From contig CAVPCQ010000030.1 in NCBI GenBank assembly GCA_963702425.1, forward strand, positions 1 through 64,000: DNA of 64,000 nucleotides. The letters are read 5' to 3'. Positions within the stretch are counted from its first letter, which is position 1. Every line of letters starts with the position of its first letter. The DNA is from an uncultured Acidobacteriota bacterium. GTDB lineage: Bacteria; Acidobacteriota; Polarisedimenticolia; J045. A program made the position numbers and the translations under genes. The notes below the pieces were generated by a model that was not told the DNA's origin, ran no database searches, and saw only the letters and a program-made list of their open reading frames with translations. Positions 49,935-60,718 of this stretch are shown piece after piece.

Positions 49935-50534
49935 TCAAGACGGCGGTCCACCCGGAACGAGCGTGAACGGGTCGATCCCCCCGCGGCGCAGCGCCTGTTC
50001 CCAGACCCGCTCCGGATCGGACGCGAAGACGAATTCGTCGCTGGCCTCGAGCGGGACCCAGGTCCCCTCCGCGAGCTCGCGCTCCAGTTGGCCCGCGCCC
50101 CAGCCCGAGTAGCCGAGAAAGCAGCGCAGCCGCGCGGTGCCGCGTCGCGCCAGCGCCGCGAGGCCTTCGCGCGCCGTCACGAGACGGATGCCGGAGGTGA
50201 TTTCGAGCTCGTCCTCGGAACCCTCCGGATGCAGCGGCGCATCACCGTGGAGCACCAGCAGGTGGCTCTCGCCCTGAACCGGCCCGCCGAGGAAGACCGA
50301 CAGGTCGTCGGGACCGGCCCAGGCAATCTCCTGCGAGCGGCAGAGCTCGCCGACCGAAAGCGGCACCGGCCGGTTGATCACGAGCCCGAGCGCCCCGTCC
50401 TCGTCGTGGCGCAGCAGCAGCACGACGGTGCGCCGGAAGTTCGGGTCGTCGAGCTGCGGCATCGCGGCGATGAAGCCGGGAGCCAGCCAGTCGCGCCCCG
50501 GGCCGCGGACGCCGCGGGCCTCGCGCCCGCTCAC
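49935..50534 (-). CDS. YqgE/AlgH family protein
   Basis: AMPQLDDPNFRRTVV, GALGLVINRP, FLGGPV and FLGYSGWGAGQLERE motifs. Confidence 0.92.
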   Translation of the reverse strand: MSGREARGVRGPGRDWLAPGFIAAMPQLDDPNFRRTVVLLLRHDEDGALGLVINRPVPLSVGELCRSQEIAWAGPDDLSVFLGGPVQGESHLLVLHGDAPLHPEGSEDELEITSGIRLVTAREGLAALARRGTARLRCFLGYSGWGAGQLERELAEGTWVPLEASDEFVFASDPERVWEQALRRGGIDPFTLVPGGPPS

Positions 50535-52211
50535 GCCGGCACCACGAGGGAGGCGTCGAACTCCGGCGGCGGCGCCAGACCGAGCAGTGTCAGCAGCGTC
50601 GCCGCGACGTGGGCGATCCCGGCCTGCGGCAGGTCGGCGGCGAGGGACAGCGCTCGCCCTGGCCCGTCGAGCACCAGGAACGGCACCGGGTTGAGGGTGT
50701 GCGAGGTGCGCGCCCGGGCGCGGCCGTCCGGCCAGCGCTGCGGCTTGCCCGCCTTGTCGCGCTCGGCCATGTCGTCGGAGTTGCCGTGGTCGGCGGTGAC
50801 GACGAGCGTTCCACGCGCGGCCATGACCACCGGCAGGATCCGGGCGATCGCCTGGTCCACCGCCTGCACGGCCATGATCGCCGCCTCGAGGTTCCCGGTG
50901 TGCCCGACCATGTCGCCGGCCGCGAAGTTGGCGCGGATGAAGCGGAAGCGCCCGCCCCGCACGGCGGCGATCACCGCGTCCGCGGTCTCGGCCGACTTCA
51001 TCCAGGGGCGCTGCTCGAACGGGATCCGGTCGGACGGAATCTCGAGGTACTCCTCCAGCTCGGGGTCGAACATCCCGGAGCGGTTGCCGTTCCAGAAGTA
51101 GGTCACGTGGCCGTACTTCTGGGTCTCGGCGACCGCGAACTGAGCGATCCCGTTGCGCGCCATGAACTCCGCCAGCGTCTTCTGCACCTCCGGCGGGTCG
51201 ACCAGGAAGCGCGACGGGATCGAGAGGTCGCCGTCGTAGAGCATCATCCCGGCGAAGAAGACGTCGGGGCAGCGGCCGCGCTCGAACTTGTCGAAGCCGT
51301 CCCCTTCCTCGAAGGCGCGACTGATCTCGATCGCGCGATCGCCCCGGAAGTTGAAGAAGATCACCGCGTCGCCGTCCTCGATCGTCGCGACCGGCGCTCC
51401 CCCTTCGCCCACGACCACGAACGGCGGCAGGAACTGGTCGATGACGCCGGGTTGGTCGATGCGGAGAGTCTCGATCGCGGCGCGCGCCGACGGGAAGCCG
51501 CGCCCCTCGCCGTGCACGTGCGCCTTCCAGCCGCGCTCGACGACCGCCCAGTCGGCCTCGTAGCGGTCCATCGTCGTGACCATGCGGCCGCCGCCGGAGG
51601 CGATCCGGTAGTCACGGCCGCCCGCCGCCCGGAGCTCCGCCAGCACCGCCTCGAGCCGGTCGACGTACTCCAGCGCCGAGGTCTCCGGCACGTCGCGCCC
51701 GTCGAGCAGCGGGTGGACGCAGGCCCGCGCGATCCCTTCCTCGGCGGCGCGTCGCAGGAGGGCGTGGAGGTGCTTCTCGTGGGAGTGCACGTTGCCGTCC
51801 GACAGCAGCCCGATCAGGTGCAGCCGGCCGCCGGTCCGCGCGAGGTACTGGACCGCCTCGCGCCAGGCGCCGCGCCACGCGGTGCCGGTCTCGAGTGCCC
51901 GATCGACCAGCTTCGCCCCCTGGTCGAAGACCCGGCCCGCCCCGAGGATGTTGTGTCCCGACCTCGGAGTTCCCCATGTCGGCGTCCGAGGGGAGGCCGA
52001 CCGCGGTGCCGTGGGCCTTGAGCGTCCGGTAGAGCGCCTCGCGGCGCAGCCGGTCGAGGACCGGGGTGCGGGCCACGGCGACCGCGTCGAACGCGTCCCC
52101 CGGGCCGATCGCGACGCCGTCCATGATCAGCAGCACGACCGGTCCCGACGGCGCGGGAACGCGCGGGTGGGGCGCCAGGTCGAAGCCGGGGGCGGGGTCC
52201 AGCGGGGCCAT
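50531..52211 (-). CDS. gpmI: 2,3-bisphosphoglycerate-independent phosphoglycerate mutase; frameshift at ~51955
   Basis: LIMDG, AVGLPSDADMGNSEVG(H), FNFRGDRA, ETQKYGHVTYFWNG, GDMVGHTG, TADHGN and SHTLNPVP motifs. Confidence 0.93.
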
Positions 52212-52399
52212 GAGGGGGCGTTCCTCCGTGAGAAGCGCCGATTATGGTCCGGCCCGGCGATCCGCCCCAGCGCCTCCGCCGCCGGGGGCCTCGCCGCGGG
52301 CGCGATTTGCCGCCTGGCCCCGCCCCAAGTAGCCTTCCGGGTCGCGGTCACGGTGAGCGCCCGCCGGGCGAGGCCCCGCCGCCAGAGGAGATCCGGTCC

Positions 52400-53443
52400 A
52401 TGAAGGCCTTCAGCCAGCTCGTTCTCGTCCTTGCCGCCGTCGCGCTCGCGGTCGGTTTCGCGGTGGCCGCCGACCCGGCGACCGAGGTCGTCGCCAAGGT
52501 CGGTGAGAAGACGATCACCCGCGCCCAGCTGACCCAGGAAGCGGCCAGTGCGCTCGCCAAGATCCGGCAGCAGGAGTACGACATCCTCGCCCAGCAGCTC
52601 GACCAGATGGTCGACGAGATGCTGCTCGAGGACCTCGCCAAGAAGGAAGGCAAGACGGTCGAGCAGCTCGTCGACGAGCGGGTCGAGAAGAAGGTCGCGA
52701 TGCCGACCGACGAGCAGGTGCAGAAGTTCTACAACGAGAACCCGCGCCTCGTTCAGGGTCAGCCGCTCGACCAGGTCAAGCCGCGGATCATCCAGCAGCT
52801 CCAGCAGCAGGAGAAGCAGACGCTCTACGTCGAGCTGATGGACGGTCTGGCCAAGCAGACCTCGGTCGTCGTGCTGCTCGAGCCGCCGCGCACCGTGGTC
52901 GCCGCCGACGACGACCCGATCCGCGGGCCCAAGGACGCCCCGGTCCAGATCGTCATGTTCTCCGACTACCAGTGCCCGTTCTGCACCAAAGTCGAAGACA
53001 CGATGAAGCAGGTCCGCGAGAAGTACGGCGACAAGGTCGTGATCGTCTTCCGCGACTTCCCGCTGTCGTTCCACAACCGCGCCCAGAAGGCCGCCGAGGC
53101 CGCGGGCTGTGCCGGCGAGCAGGGCAAGTTCTGGGAGATGCACGACAAGCTGTTCGCCAACCAGCGCGCGCTGGAGCCCGCGAACCTCGACCAGTACGCG
53201 ACCGAGATCGGGCTCGACATGACGAAGTTCAAGGCCTGCCTCGATTCCGGCCAGCGCGCCCCCGAGATCGCGGCGGACATGATGGCCGGCCAGGCCGTCG
53301 GCGTGACCGGGACCCCGGCGGCTTTCGTCAACGGCCGCTTCGTCAACGGCGCGCAGCCCTTCGAGGCCTTCGCGAAGATCATCGACGACGAGCTGGCCCG
53401 CGCGGCGAGCAAGGCTGCGGTACCGGCGGCCGCCAAGAAATAG
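52400..53443 (+). CDS. DsbA/thioredoxin-domain protein with SurA-N-like region
   Basis: Signal peptide; SDYQCPFC, FRDFPL, QGKFWEMHD and GVTGTP motifs; GAGGAG RBS. Confidence 0.9.
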   Translation: MKAFSQLVLVLAAVALAVGFAVAADPATEVVAKVGEKTITRAQLTQEAASALAKIRQQEYDILAQQLDQMVDEMLLEDLAKKEGKTVEQLVDERVEKKVAMPTDEQVQKFYNENPRLVQGQPLDQVKPRIIQQLQQQEKQTLYVELMDGLAKQTSVVVLLEPPRTVVAADDDPIRGPKDAPVQIVMFSDYQCPFCTKVEDTMKQVREKYGDKVVIVFRDFPLSFHNRAQKAAEAAGCAGEQGKFWEMHDKLFANQRALEPANLDQYATEIGLDMTKFKACLDSGQRAPEIAADMMAGQAVGVTGTPAAFVNGRFVNGAQPFEAFAKIIDDELARAASKAAVPAAAKK

Positions 53444-53448
53444 CCACG

Positions 53449-53521
53449 GATGGGGCCGGCCTCCGTGCCGGCCCGTCTCCCGTTCCGCCAGCTTCGGGCC
53501 GCCACGGAGGGCGGCCCCTAC
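53449..53521. repeat. REP doublet (REPIN-like inverted pair) between convergent genes
   Basis: GATGGGGCCGGCCTCCGTGCCGGCCCG ... CGGGCCGCCACGGAGGGCGGCCCCTAC; the right copy gives the ADP-ribosylglycohydrolase stop. Confidence 0.85.
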
Positions 53522-54507
53522 AAGCGGGACGCGGCAACGAGCGCGTCGGCCAGCTCGATCAGCCGCTGCGGCTCGCGCAGGGCCTCGATCCAGCGGGCCG
53601 GGATCGCCCGCGCACCGAAGCGCGCGCCGAGCGCGGCGCCGGCGACCGCGCCGTTCGTGTCGGTGTCCCCGCCGCGCGACACGATCCGCACCAGCGTCTC
53701 CTCGAAGTCGGTCCCGGCAGTCGCCGCCCACAGCCCGACCTGCAGCGCCAGCAGCGTGTAGCCGCTGCCGGGCTCGCGGTCGAGCTGCATCGTCTCCGGC
53801 CGCTCGCTCGCGGCGGCACGGATCGCGTCGGCGGTCTGCCCCTCGTCATGCGTCTCCTCGGGCACGGCGCGCGCCAGCCGTTCCAGGTCCACCGTCCCGC
53901 CGCCGAGCGTCACCGCCAGCGCGACGTTGAAGGCGAGGCAGCTCATCACGCAGCGCGGGTCGTAGTGCGTGACGAGGCAGGAGCGCGCCGTCTCCTCGAC
54001 CATCACGTCGCCATTCCCGTGCCAGCGCAGCGCAACCGGCGCGCAGCGCATGACGGCGCCGTTCCCCGCCGCGCGCGGGTGGATCTCCTCCCAGGCGTGG
54101 CGCGCGGCGTCCGCCGCCGGGACGCCCTGCTTCCAGGACTCGACGAGGCGATAGGTCAGGTTCCCGATCCCGCGCGCGTTGTCGTCGAACCACACGGTCA
54201 GGCGCCGCGCGAGGTCGTCGCGGGTCATCCGGCCGTTCCCGGCGAGCATCGCCTCGGCGAGGATCGCGGTCTGGGCCACGTCGTCGTCCCAGGGGTGGAG
54301 GTGCTCGGCGGGGTCGATCTCGCGCAGCCCCGCGGGGTGCGCCGCAGCGATCTCCTCGGCGTCCCAGAACTCGGTCTGCACGCCGAGGGCGTTGCCGACG
54401 GCGAGTCCCAGCATCAGCCCCCGGCCACGGTCCGCGAGGTCGATCGTCGCCCCCGAACCGGATCGTGCCGCCTCGTCCACGATCCGGGCAAGATCCTCTC
54501 CCGCCAT
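53518..54507 (-). CDS. ADP-ribosylglycohydrolase family protein
   Basis: GLAVGNALG, WDDD, AGNGAVMRCAP, VTH and GGDTDTNGAVAGA motifs. Confidence 0.92.
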   Translation of the reverse strand: MAGEDLARIVDEAARSGSGATIDLADRGRGLMLGLAVGNALGVQTEFWDAEEIAAAHPAGLREIDPAEHLHPWDDDVAQTAILAEAMLAGNGRMTRDDLARRLTVWFDDNARGIGNLTYRLVESWKQGVPAADAARHAWEEIHPRAAGNGAVMRCAPVALRWHGNGDVMVEETARSCLVTHYDPRCVMSCLAFNVALAVTLGGGTVDLERLARAVPEETHDEGQTADAIRAAASERPETMQLDREPGSGYTLLALQVGLWAATAGTDFEETLVRIVSRGGDTDTNGAVAGAALGARFGARAIPARWIEALREPQRLIELADALVAASRL

Positions 54508-54727
54508 GTCTTCTCCCCCCCCACCCCGGGCGGCCGCACGACCGCGAACGAATAAGTCCAACGAAGTGTAACAGTTGGTGTTGACGATCGCCCGGCGCCC
54601 CGGCGGCCCGATCCTGTGCCGGGGAACCGATTCGCGTTAGACTCGCGGGCCGTTTTCCGGGGCGGCGGCCCCGCTCCCGGGGCCGTCTCCGCCCGGTCCG
54701 GTTTCCGCCCGCCGAAAAGGACCGACG

Positions 54728-55819
54728 ATGCCGCTCAAGGACACCCGGACCTTCACCATCCCGTTCCTCCAGGTGCTCGATGAGGATGGGAAGGTCGATC
54801 CGAAGCTGGACCCGAAACTGGGGGACGATCGGCTCCTCGAGCTGTATCGCGGGATGGTCCTCGGCCGCGAAGCGGACCAGCGGATGCTCAAGCTGCAGCG
54901 CCAGGGGCGCCTCGGGACCTTCAGCCCGTCCACCGGTCAGGAGGCCGCCTCCTGCGGCCCCCTGCTCGCCATGACCGAGCGCGACTGGCTGGTCCCCGCG
55001 TTCCGCGAGCTGGGCGGGATGCTGATGCGCGGCGTCCCCTTCTCCCGGATCCTGATGTTCTGGGGCGGCCAGGAGGAGGGGAACGTCTTCCCCGGCGCGC
55101 CGAACACGCTGCCGATCGCGGTCATCGTCGGCTCGCAGATCCCGCACGCGGCCGGCGTGGCCTACGCGCTCAAGTACCGGGGCGAGAAGAACGCCGGCGT
55201 CGTCACCTTCTTCGGCGACGGCGCGACCTCGCAGGGCGACTTCCTCGAGGGGGCCAACATGGCCGCCGTCTGGAAGGTCCCCGCGGTCTTCATCTGCCAG
55301 AACAACCAGTGGGCGATCAGCACGCCGATCACCAAGCAGACCGTCTCCGAGACGATCGCCCAGAAGGGGCTCGCCTTCGGGATGACCTCGCTGCGCGTCG
55401 ACGGCAACGACGCTCTGGCGATGTACAAGGCGACGCGCGACGCGCTCGACCAGGCCTACCGCGGCGACGGTCCGACCTTCATCGAAGCCGTCACCTACCG
55501 CCTGATGATGCACACCACGGCCGACGACCCGACCAAGTACCGCAGCGAGGAGCAGGTGAAGGAGTGGGAGAAGAAGGACCCGCTGATCCGCTTCCGGATC
55601 TACCTGCGCGGCAAGAAGCTGTGGGACGACGACAAGGAAGCAGCGCTCCTGGAAGAGGTCAAGCAGGAGATCGACGCCGGGGTCCGCGAGTACGAAACGC
55701 GCGAGATCGCCCGGCCCGAGACGGCCTTCGATCACGTCTACGGAACCCGCCACGCCCACCTCGAGGAGCAGCGGGCCGAGTTCCTGGGGGCCCTGCACCG
55801 GAGCACGCCCCATGGCTAA
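54728..55819 (+). CDS. pdhA: 2-oxoacid (pyruvate) dehydrogenase E1 alpha subunit
   Basis: LQRQGR, GQEA, FGDGATSQGDF, CQNNQWAIS and HTTADDPTKYR motifs. Confidence 0.92.
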   Translation: MPLKDTRTFTIPFLQVLDEDGKVDPKLDPKLGDDRLLELYRGMVLGREADQRMLKLQRQGRLGTFSPSTGQEAASCGPLLAMTERDWLVPAFRELGGMLMRGVPFSRILMFWGGQEEGNVFPGAPNTLPIAVIVGSQIPHAAGVAYALKYRGEKNAGVVTFFGDGATSQGDFLEGANMAAVWKVPAVFICQNNQWAISTPITKQTVSETIAQKGLAFGMTSLRVDGNDALAMYKATRDALDQAYRGDGPTFIEAVTYRLMMHTTADDPTKYRSEEQVKEWEKKDPLIRFRIYLRGKKLWDDDKEAALLEEVKQEIDAGVREYETREIARPETAFDHVYGTRHAHLEEQRAEFLGALHRSTPHG

Positions 55820-56792
55820 GATGACGATGGTGCAGGCGATCAATCTCGCCCTGCTGCAGGAGATGGAAAAGGACCCCTCGGTCATCGTGCTGGGCGAGGA
55901 CGTGGGGATCAACGAGGGCGTGTTCCGCGTCACCGCCGGGCTGTACAAGAAGTTCGGCGAGGACCGCGTGATCGACACCCCGCTGGCCGAGTCGGGGATC
56001 CTCGGGACCTCGATCGGGATGGCGCTGGCGGGCCTGAAGCCGGTCTGCGAGATGCAGTTCGACGGCTTCTCCTACCTCGCGATCGGGCAGCTCGAGGGGC
56101 ACGCCACGCGCTACCGCTCGCGCACGCTGGGCCACTTCACCTGCCCGCTCGTGATGCGCTTCCCCTATGGCGGCGGCGTGCGCGCGCTCGAGCACCACTC
56201 GGAGGCGCGCGAGTCGATGTACGCGCTGATGCCGGGGATCAAGGTCGTCATCCCGTCCGGCCCGCGCAACGCCCGCGCGCTGCTGGTCGCCGCGATCCGC
56301 GACCCGGACCCGGTCGTCTTCATGGAACCCAAGCGCTCCTACCGCGCCTTCCGCGAGGAAGTGCCGGAGGAGGAGGAGACGCTCCCGATCGGCCAGGCCC
56401 ACGTCGTGCAGGAGGGCGCGGACCTGACCGTCGTGACCTGGGGCGCGATGATGCGCGCGACGCAGCAGGCGGTCGCCGAGGTCCAGGACCGGCGCGGGGT
56501 CTCGATCGAACTGATCGACCTGCTGACGCTGGCGCCGCTCGACCAGGCGACGATCGCGGCGTCGGTGAAGAAGACCGGGCGCTGCGTGGTGGTCCAGGAG
56601 GGACCGCGCTTCTACAGCGCCTCCTCCGAGATCGTCGCGACGCTCAACGACAAGGTGTTCGAGTACCTCGAGGCGCCGATCAAGCGCGTCACCGGCTACG
56701 ACGTGGTCACGCCCTACTTCAGCCGCGAGGAGCACTTCATCCCCGGTCCCGACAAGGTCGCTCACGGGATCGAGGAGACGCTGGACTTCTAG
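55812..56792 (+). CDS. pdhB: 2-oxoacid dehydrogenase E1 beta subunit
   Basis: GEDVG...GVFRVT, DTPLAE, EMQF and PYGGG...EHHSE motifs. Confidence 0.92.
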   Translation: MAKMTMVQAINLALLQEMEKDPSVIVLGEDVGINEGVFRVTAGLYKKFGEDRVIDTPLAESGILGTSIGMALAGLKPVCEMQFDGFSYLAIGQLEGHATRYRSRTLGHFTCPLVMRFPYGGGVRALEHHSEARESMYALMPGIKVVIPSGPRNARALLVAAIRDPDPVVFMEPKRSYRAFREEVPEEEETLPIGQAHVVQEGADLTVVTWGAMMRATQQAVAEVQDRRGVSIELIDLLTLAPLDQATIAASVKKTGRCVVVQEGPRFYSASSEIVATLNDKVFEYLEAPIKRVTGYDVVTPYFSREEHFIPGPDKVAHGIEETLDF

Positions 56793-56814
56793 CATCGACA
56801 ACGGAGACGCCGCC

Positions 56815-58245
56815 GTGTACGAGTTCAAGCTGCCCGACCTCGGGGAAGGGATCCACGAGGGTGAACTTCTGAAGTGGCACGTCGCTGTCGGCGGCACGAT
56901 CCGCGAGGACGAGCCGCTGGTCGACGTCGAGACCGACAAGGCCGCGGTGACGATCCCCTCGCCGCGCGGCGGCACGATCGCCGCGCTCAACGGCGGGGTC
57001 GGCGACACGCTCACGGTGGGGTCGGTGATCGCGGTGATCGACGACGGCAGCGCCGCGTCGCCGGCGAAGCCGGCGACGTCGGCCCCGGCGAAGCCCGTTG
57101 CGGCCCCCTCGGCGCCGGCAGCAACCCCACCGCCTCACGGGCCCGCGGCGAAGCCGGGGCCCGCACCAGGAGCGAAGCCCGCCCCCGCCCCAGCGAAGCC
57201 CGCGGCGCCGGCCGCGAAGCCCGCGCCGAGGCCGGCCGCCGGCCCGCCGCCCGACGACTTCGTCGCCAGCGGCCCGATCGCGGCCTCCCCCGCCGTGCGC
57301 CGCGAGGCGCGCGAGATGGGGATCGACATCGCGCGCGTGCGCGGCAGCGGCCCCGCTGGACGGATCGCGGCCGAGGACCTGCACCGCTACGCGGCCGCGC
57401 TGGCCGCGGGCGCGGGGGCCGGCGTCGAGCCGGAGCCCGAGGTCGAGGCCGGCTACGACGAGCCGGCGCACGCCGCGCCGGGGACGCCGGTCGGGATCCC
57501 CTTCTTCGAGCTGGAGCCGCTCCCCGACTTCACCGTCTTCGGCGCGACCGAGCGCGAGCCGCTGCGCTCGATCCGCCGCAAGGTCGCCAGGCGCATGGTG
57601 ACCTCGATGGTGATGGTCCCGCACGTCGCGCTGCTGGACGAAGCGGACGTCACCGAGCTCGACCTCTTCCGCCGCCGCGAGCAGGACCGCCGCGCCGGCC
57701 AGCCGGGCGCCAAGCTGTCGCTGCTGTCGTTCGTGGTCAAGTCGATCGCGACCGGGCTGGTCGATTTCCCGATGTTCAACGCCTCGCTCGATCCCTTCCA
57801 GGAGGAGATCGTCTACAAGAAGTACTACTCGGTCGGGATCGCGACCGACACGCCGAAGGGGCTGATGGTCCCGGTGGTCAAGGACGCCGACCGCAAGTCG
57901 ATCTCCGAGATCGCGGCCGAGATCGAGCAGCTCGCGCTGCGCGCGCGCGCCGGCGCGATCGACGTCGCCGACCTGCGCGGCGGCACCTTCTCGATCACCA
58001 ACGTCGGCCCGCTGGGCGGCAAGGGGCTGATCCCGACGATCAACTACCCCGAGGTCGCGATCCTCGGGATGGGCCGCGCGGAGCCGCGCGCGGTCGTCCG
58101 CGACGGCCAGGTCGTCGTGCGCACGATCCTCCCGCTGACGCTGACCTTCGACCACCGGATCGCCGACGGCGCCGACGCCGCGCGCTTCATGGCGGCGGTC
58201 ATCCGGCGCCTGTCCGACCCGCTCGGCTGGCTGCTGGAGGCCTGA
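56815..58245 (+). CDS. pdhC: Dihydrolipoamide acyltransferase E2
   Basis: Lipoyl domain (PDLGEG, VETDKA), Pro/Ala linker, E3-binding ASPAVRR and catalytic FDHRIADG. Confidence 0.92.
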   Translation: MYEFKLPDLGEGIHEGELLKWHVAVGGTIREDEPLVDVETDKAAVTIPSPRGGTIAALNGGVGDTLTVGSVIAVIDDGSAASPAKPATSAPAKPVAAPSAPAATPPPHGPAAKPGPAPGAKPAPAPAKPAAPAAKPAPRPAAGPPPDDFVASGPIAASPAVRREAREMGIDIARVRGSGPAGRIAAEDLHRYAAALAAGAGAGVEPEPEVEAGYDEPAHAAPGTPVGIPFFELEPLPDFTVFGATEREPLRSIRRKVARRMVTSMVMVPHVALLDEADVTELDLFRRREQDRRAGQPGAKLSLLSFVVKSIATGLVDFPMFNASLDPFQEEIVYKKYYSVGIATDTPKGLMVPVVKDADRKSISEIAAEIEQLALRARAGAIDVADLRGGTFSITNVGPLGGKGLIPTINYPEVAILGMGRAEPRAVVRDGQVVVRTILPLTLTFDHRIADGADAARFMAAVIRRLSDPLGWLLEA

Positions 58246-58247
58246 CG

Positions 58248-59661
58248 ATGGTGATGGGGAGCCTGAACCAGGAGACCGAGGTCGTCGTCGTCGGCGGCGG
58301 CCCCGGCGGCTACGTGGCCGCGATCCGCGCCGCGGACCTGGGCCGCGAGGTGCTGCTGGTCGAGGAACGCGAGGCTCTCGGGGGCGTCTGCCTGCTCGAG
58401 GGCTGCATCCCGTCGAAGACGCTGATCCACGCGGTCGAGGTGATCCACGGCGCGGCGACGGCGAAGAAGATGGGGATCGGCTTCGGCGCGCCGGCGATCG
58501 ACCTGGCCAGCCTGCGCGGCTGGAAGCAGGGGGTCGTCGACGGGCTCTCCAACGGCGTCCGCAGCCTCCTGAAGCAGCGCGGGATCGAGGTCGTGCGCGG
58601 CCGCGCGCGCTTCGCCGGCCCGCGCTCGCTGACGCTCGAGCATTCCGACGTCTCGGGGATCGACTTCAAGCACTGCATCCTCGCCACCGGCTCGCGGCCG
58701 GTCATGCCGTTCGACGAGGGGCTCGGGTTGTGGACCTCACGCGAGGCGCTCGAGCTGCCGGAAATCCCGGCGCGGCTGCTGGTCGTCGGCGGCGGGTACA
58801 TCGGGCTCGAACTGGGGTTCGTCTACGCGGGGCTGGGCTCGAAGGTCTCGGTCGTCGAGCTGCTGCCGCAGCTCCTGACCGGCGCCGACCCGGACCTGGT
58901 CGCGATCGTGCACCGCAGCGCGAAGAAGCGCTTCGCCGACGTCTGGATCGAGTCCAGGGTCACGAAGATCGAGACGCAAGGGGGACGGCTACCAGGTCTC
59001 GATCGAGGCCAGGGGGGAGACCAAGCAGCACGAGTTCGACCGCGTGTTGGTCGCCGTCGGACGCAAGCCGAACACCGAGAACCTCGGGCTCGAGAAGACC
59101 GCGATCGTGCTCGACTCGAAGGGACTGATCGAGGTCACGCCGGAGTGCCGGACGCGCGAGTCGCAGATCTTCGCGATCGGCGACATCGTCCCCGGGCCCG
59201 CGCTCGCGCACAAGGCGAGCCGCGAGGGGAAGGTCGCGGCGGAGGTCATCTCCGGGAAGAAGTCGGCGATGGACAACGTCTCGATCCCGGCGGTCGTCTT
59301 CACCGAGCCGGAGCTGGCCTGGGCCGGACTGACGGAAGAGGAAGCGAAGCAGAAAGGGATCCCGATCAAGGTCGGGAAGTTCCCGCTGGCCGCGCTCGGC
59401 CGCGCCAAGACCGTCGGCAGCATCGACGGGATGGCGAAGGTGATCGCCGACCCCGACAGCGGCCTGCTGCTGGGCGTCGGCATCGTCGGGCCGCACGCCT
59501 CGGACCTGATCGCCGAGGCGGCGCTGGCGCTGGAGATGGGCGCCACGCTCGAGGACCTGATGGCGACGATCCACCCTCACCCGACCTTCTCCGAGCTGCT
59601 GATGGAGGCCGCCGAGGTTGCCGCCGGCGAGCCGGTCCACATCTTCGTCAAGAAACCGTAG
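58248..59661 (+). CDS. lpdA: Dihydrolipoamide dehydrogenase; frameshift at ~58980
   Basis: GGGPGGYVAAI, GGVCLLEGCIPSK, GGGYIGLE, AIGD and IHPHPTFSE motifs. Confidence 0.94.
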
Positions 59662-59727
59662 GGGCCGCCCTCCGTGCCGGCCCGAAGAGAGATCGCGATG
59701 CGGGCCGCCACGGAGGGCGGCCCCTAC
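59658..59727. repeat. REP doublet (REPIN-like inverted pair)
   Basis: GTAGGGGCCGCCCTCCGTGCCGGCCCG-16 nt-CGGGCCGCCACGGAGGGCGGCCCCTAC; the left GTAG contains the lpdA stop. Confidence 0.88.
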
Positions 59728-59742
59728 GATTCCCGCTCGTCC

Positions 59743-60402
59743 GTGCCGCTGACGATCGGTCGCTACGACGCCGACGACGCCCTGCTCGCCGCCGTGCGCG
59801 CCGACGGCATCGCGCGCCTGACGGCGACGCGCCCCGCTGCCCCGCTCGTCGTCCTCGGCGCCGGAAGCAAACCGGAGCGCGAGCTTCATCTCGAAGCGCT
59901 CTCGTCAGACGGCATCCGGGTCGCGCGTCGCGCCGGCGGCGGCTGCTCGGTCGTGCTCGACCCCGGGAACGTGGTCGTCTCGATCGCGCTGCCGGTCGAG
60001 GGTCTCCCCGGGATCCGGACCGCCTTCGACTGGATCTCGGGATTCGTGATCGCCGGGCTGGCGCGGATCGGGCTGCCCGGCGTGACCTGCGAGGGGATCT
60101 CCGACCTCGCGCTCGGCGGGCGCAAGCTCGCCGGCGCCTGCATTCACAAGGACCGCAGCCTCGTCTACTACTCGCTCACGATCCTCGCCGACCCAGACCT
60201 CGGCCTGCTGCCGCGCTACCTCCAGCACCCGCCCCGCGAGCCGGAGTACCGCCGGTCGCGGAGCCACCTGGAGTTCGTCCGGGCGCTGGCCGACCTCCAC
60301 CCGGACTGGACCGCGCCCCGACTGGCTGCGGCGCTCGATGCCGCGCTCGCCCCCGCGACGCTGCTGGGCACGCCCTTCCCGGAGCGACGGCCGGCACGCT
60401 GA
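59743..60402 (+). CDS. Lipoate-protein ligase A family protein
   Basis: VVLG, RRAGGGCSVVLDPGN, GISDL...RKLAG and REPEYR..RSH.EFV motifs; adjacent to the pdh cluster. Confidence 0.85.
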   Translation: MPLTIGRYDADDALLAAVRADGIARLTATRPAAPLVVLGAGSKPERELHLEALSSDGIRVARRAGGGCSVVLDPGNVVVSIALPVEGLPGIRTAFDWISGFVIAGLARIGLPGVTCEGISDLALGGRKLAGACIHKDRSLVYYSLTILADPDLGLLPRYLQHPPREPEYRRSRSHLEFVRALADLHPDWTAPRLAAALDAALAPATLLGTPFPERRPAR

Positions 60403-60427
60403 CTGACATCCGCGGTCGCCAGGAGAC

Positions 60428-60685
60428 TGAAGTGGGCCAGCGATTCTGCGGACTCCGCGAGTCGCAGCAACGCCGTCTCCCGGCCGGACGTTCCCCCTCT
60501 TCGCTGCGAAAAACACGGGATCGGGCGACGGATCTGCCTGGCTCTCCCGGCAATCGTCGTGCGGAAGAGAGCGCTCAAGGGCCTGGCGCCTAGCGGAGCC
60601 ACGGCCACCCCGGGTCCGTACGACTCTCAGAGAGCTCCAGTCGACCGGCGGGCGCCCGACTTCCCGCGCACCGTCGCGCCTCTCC
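60428..60685. repeat. ~258-bp non-coding repeat, copy 1
   Basis: Begins TGAAGTGGGCCAGCGATT. About 80% identical by manual alignment (one 1-bp gap) to 61466..61722; flanks diverge immediately before the TG. Confidence 0.9.
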
Positions 60686-60718
60686 GCCCCCCTGGCCGAA
60701 CGCCCCGATCACGCTCGT

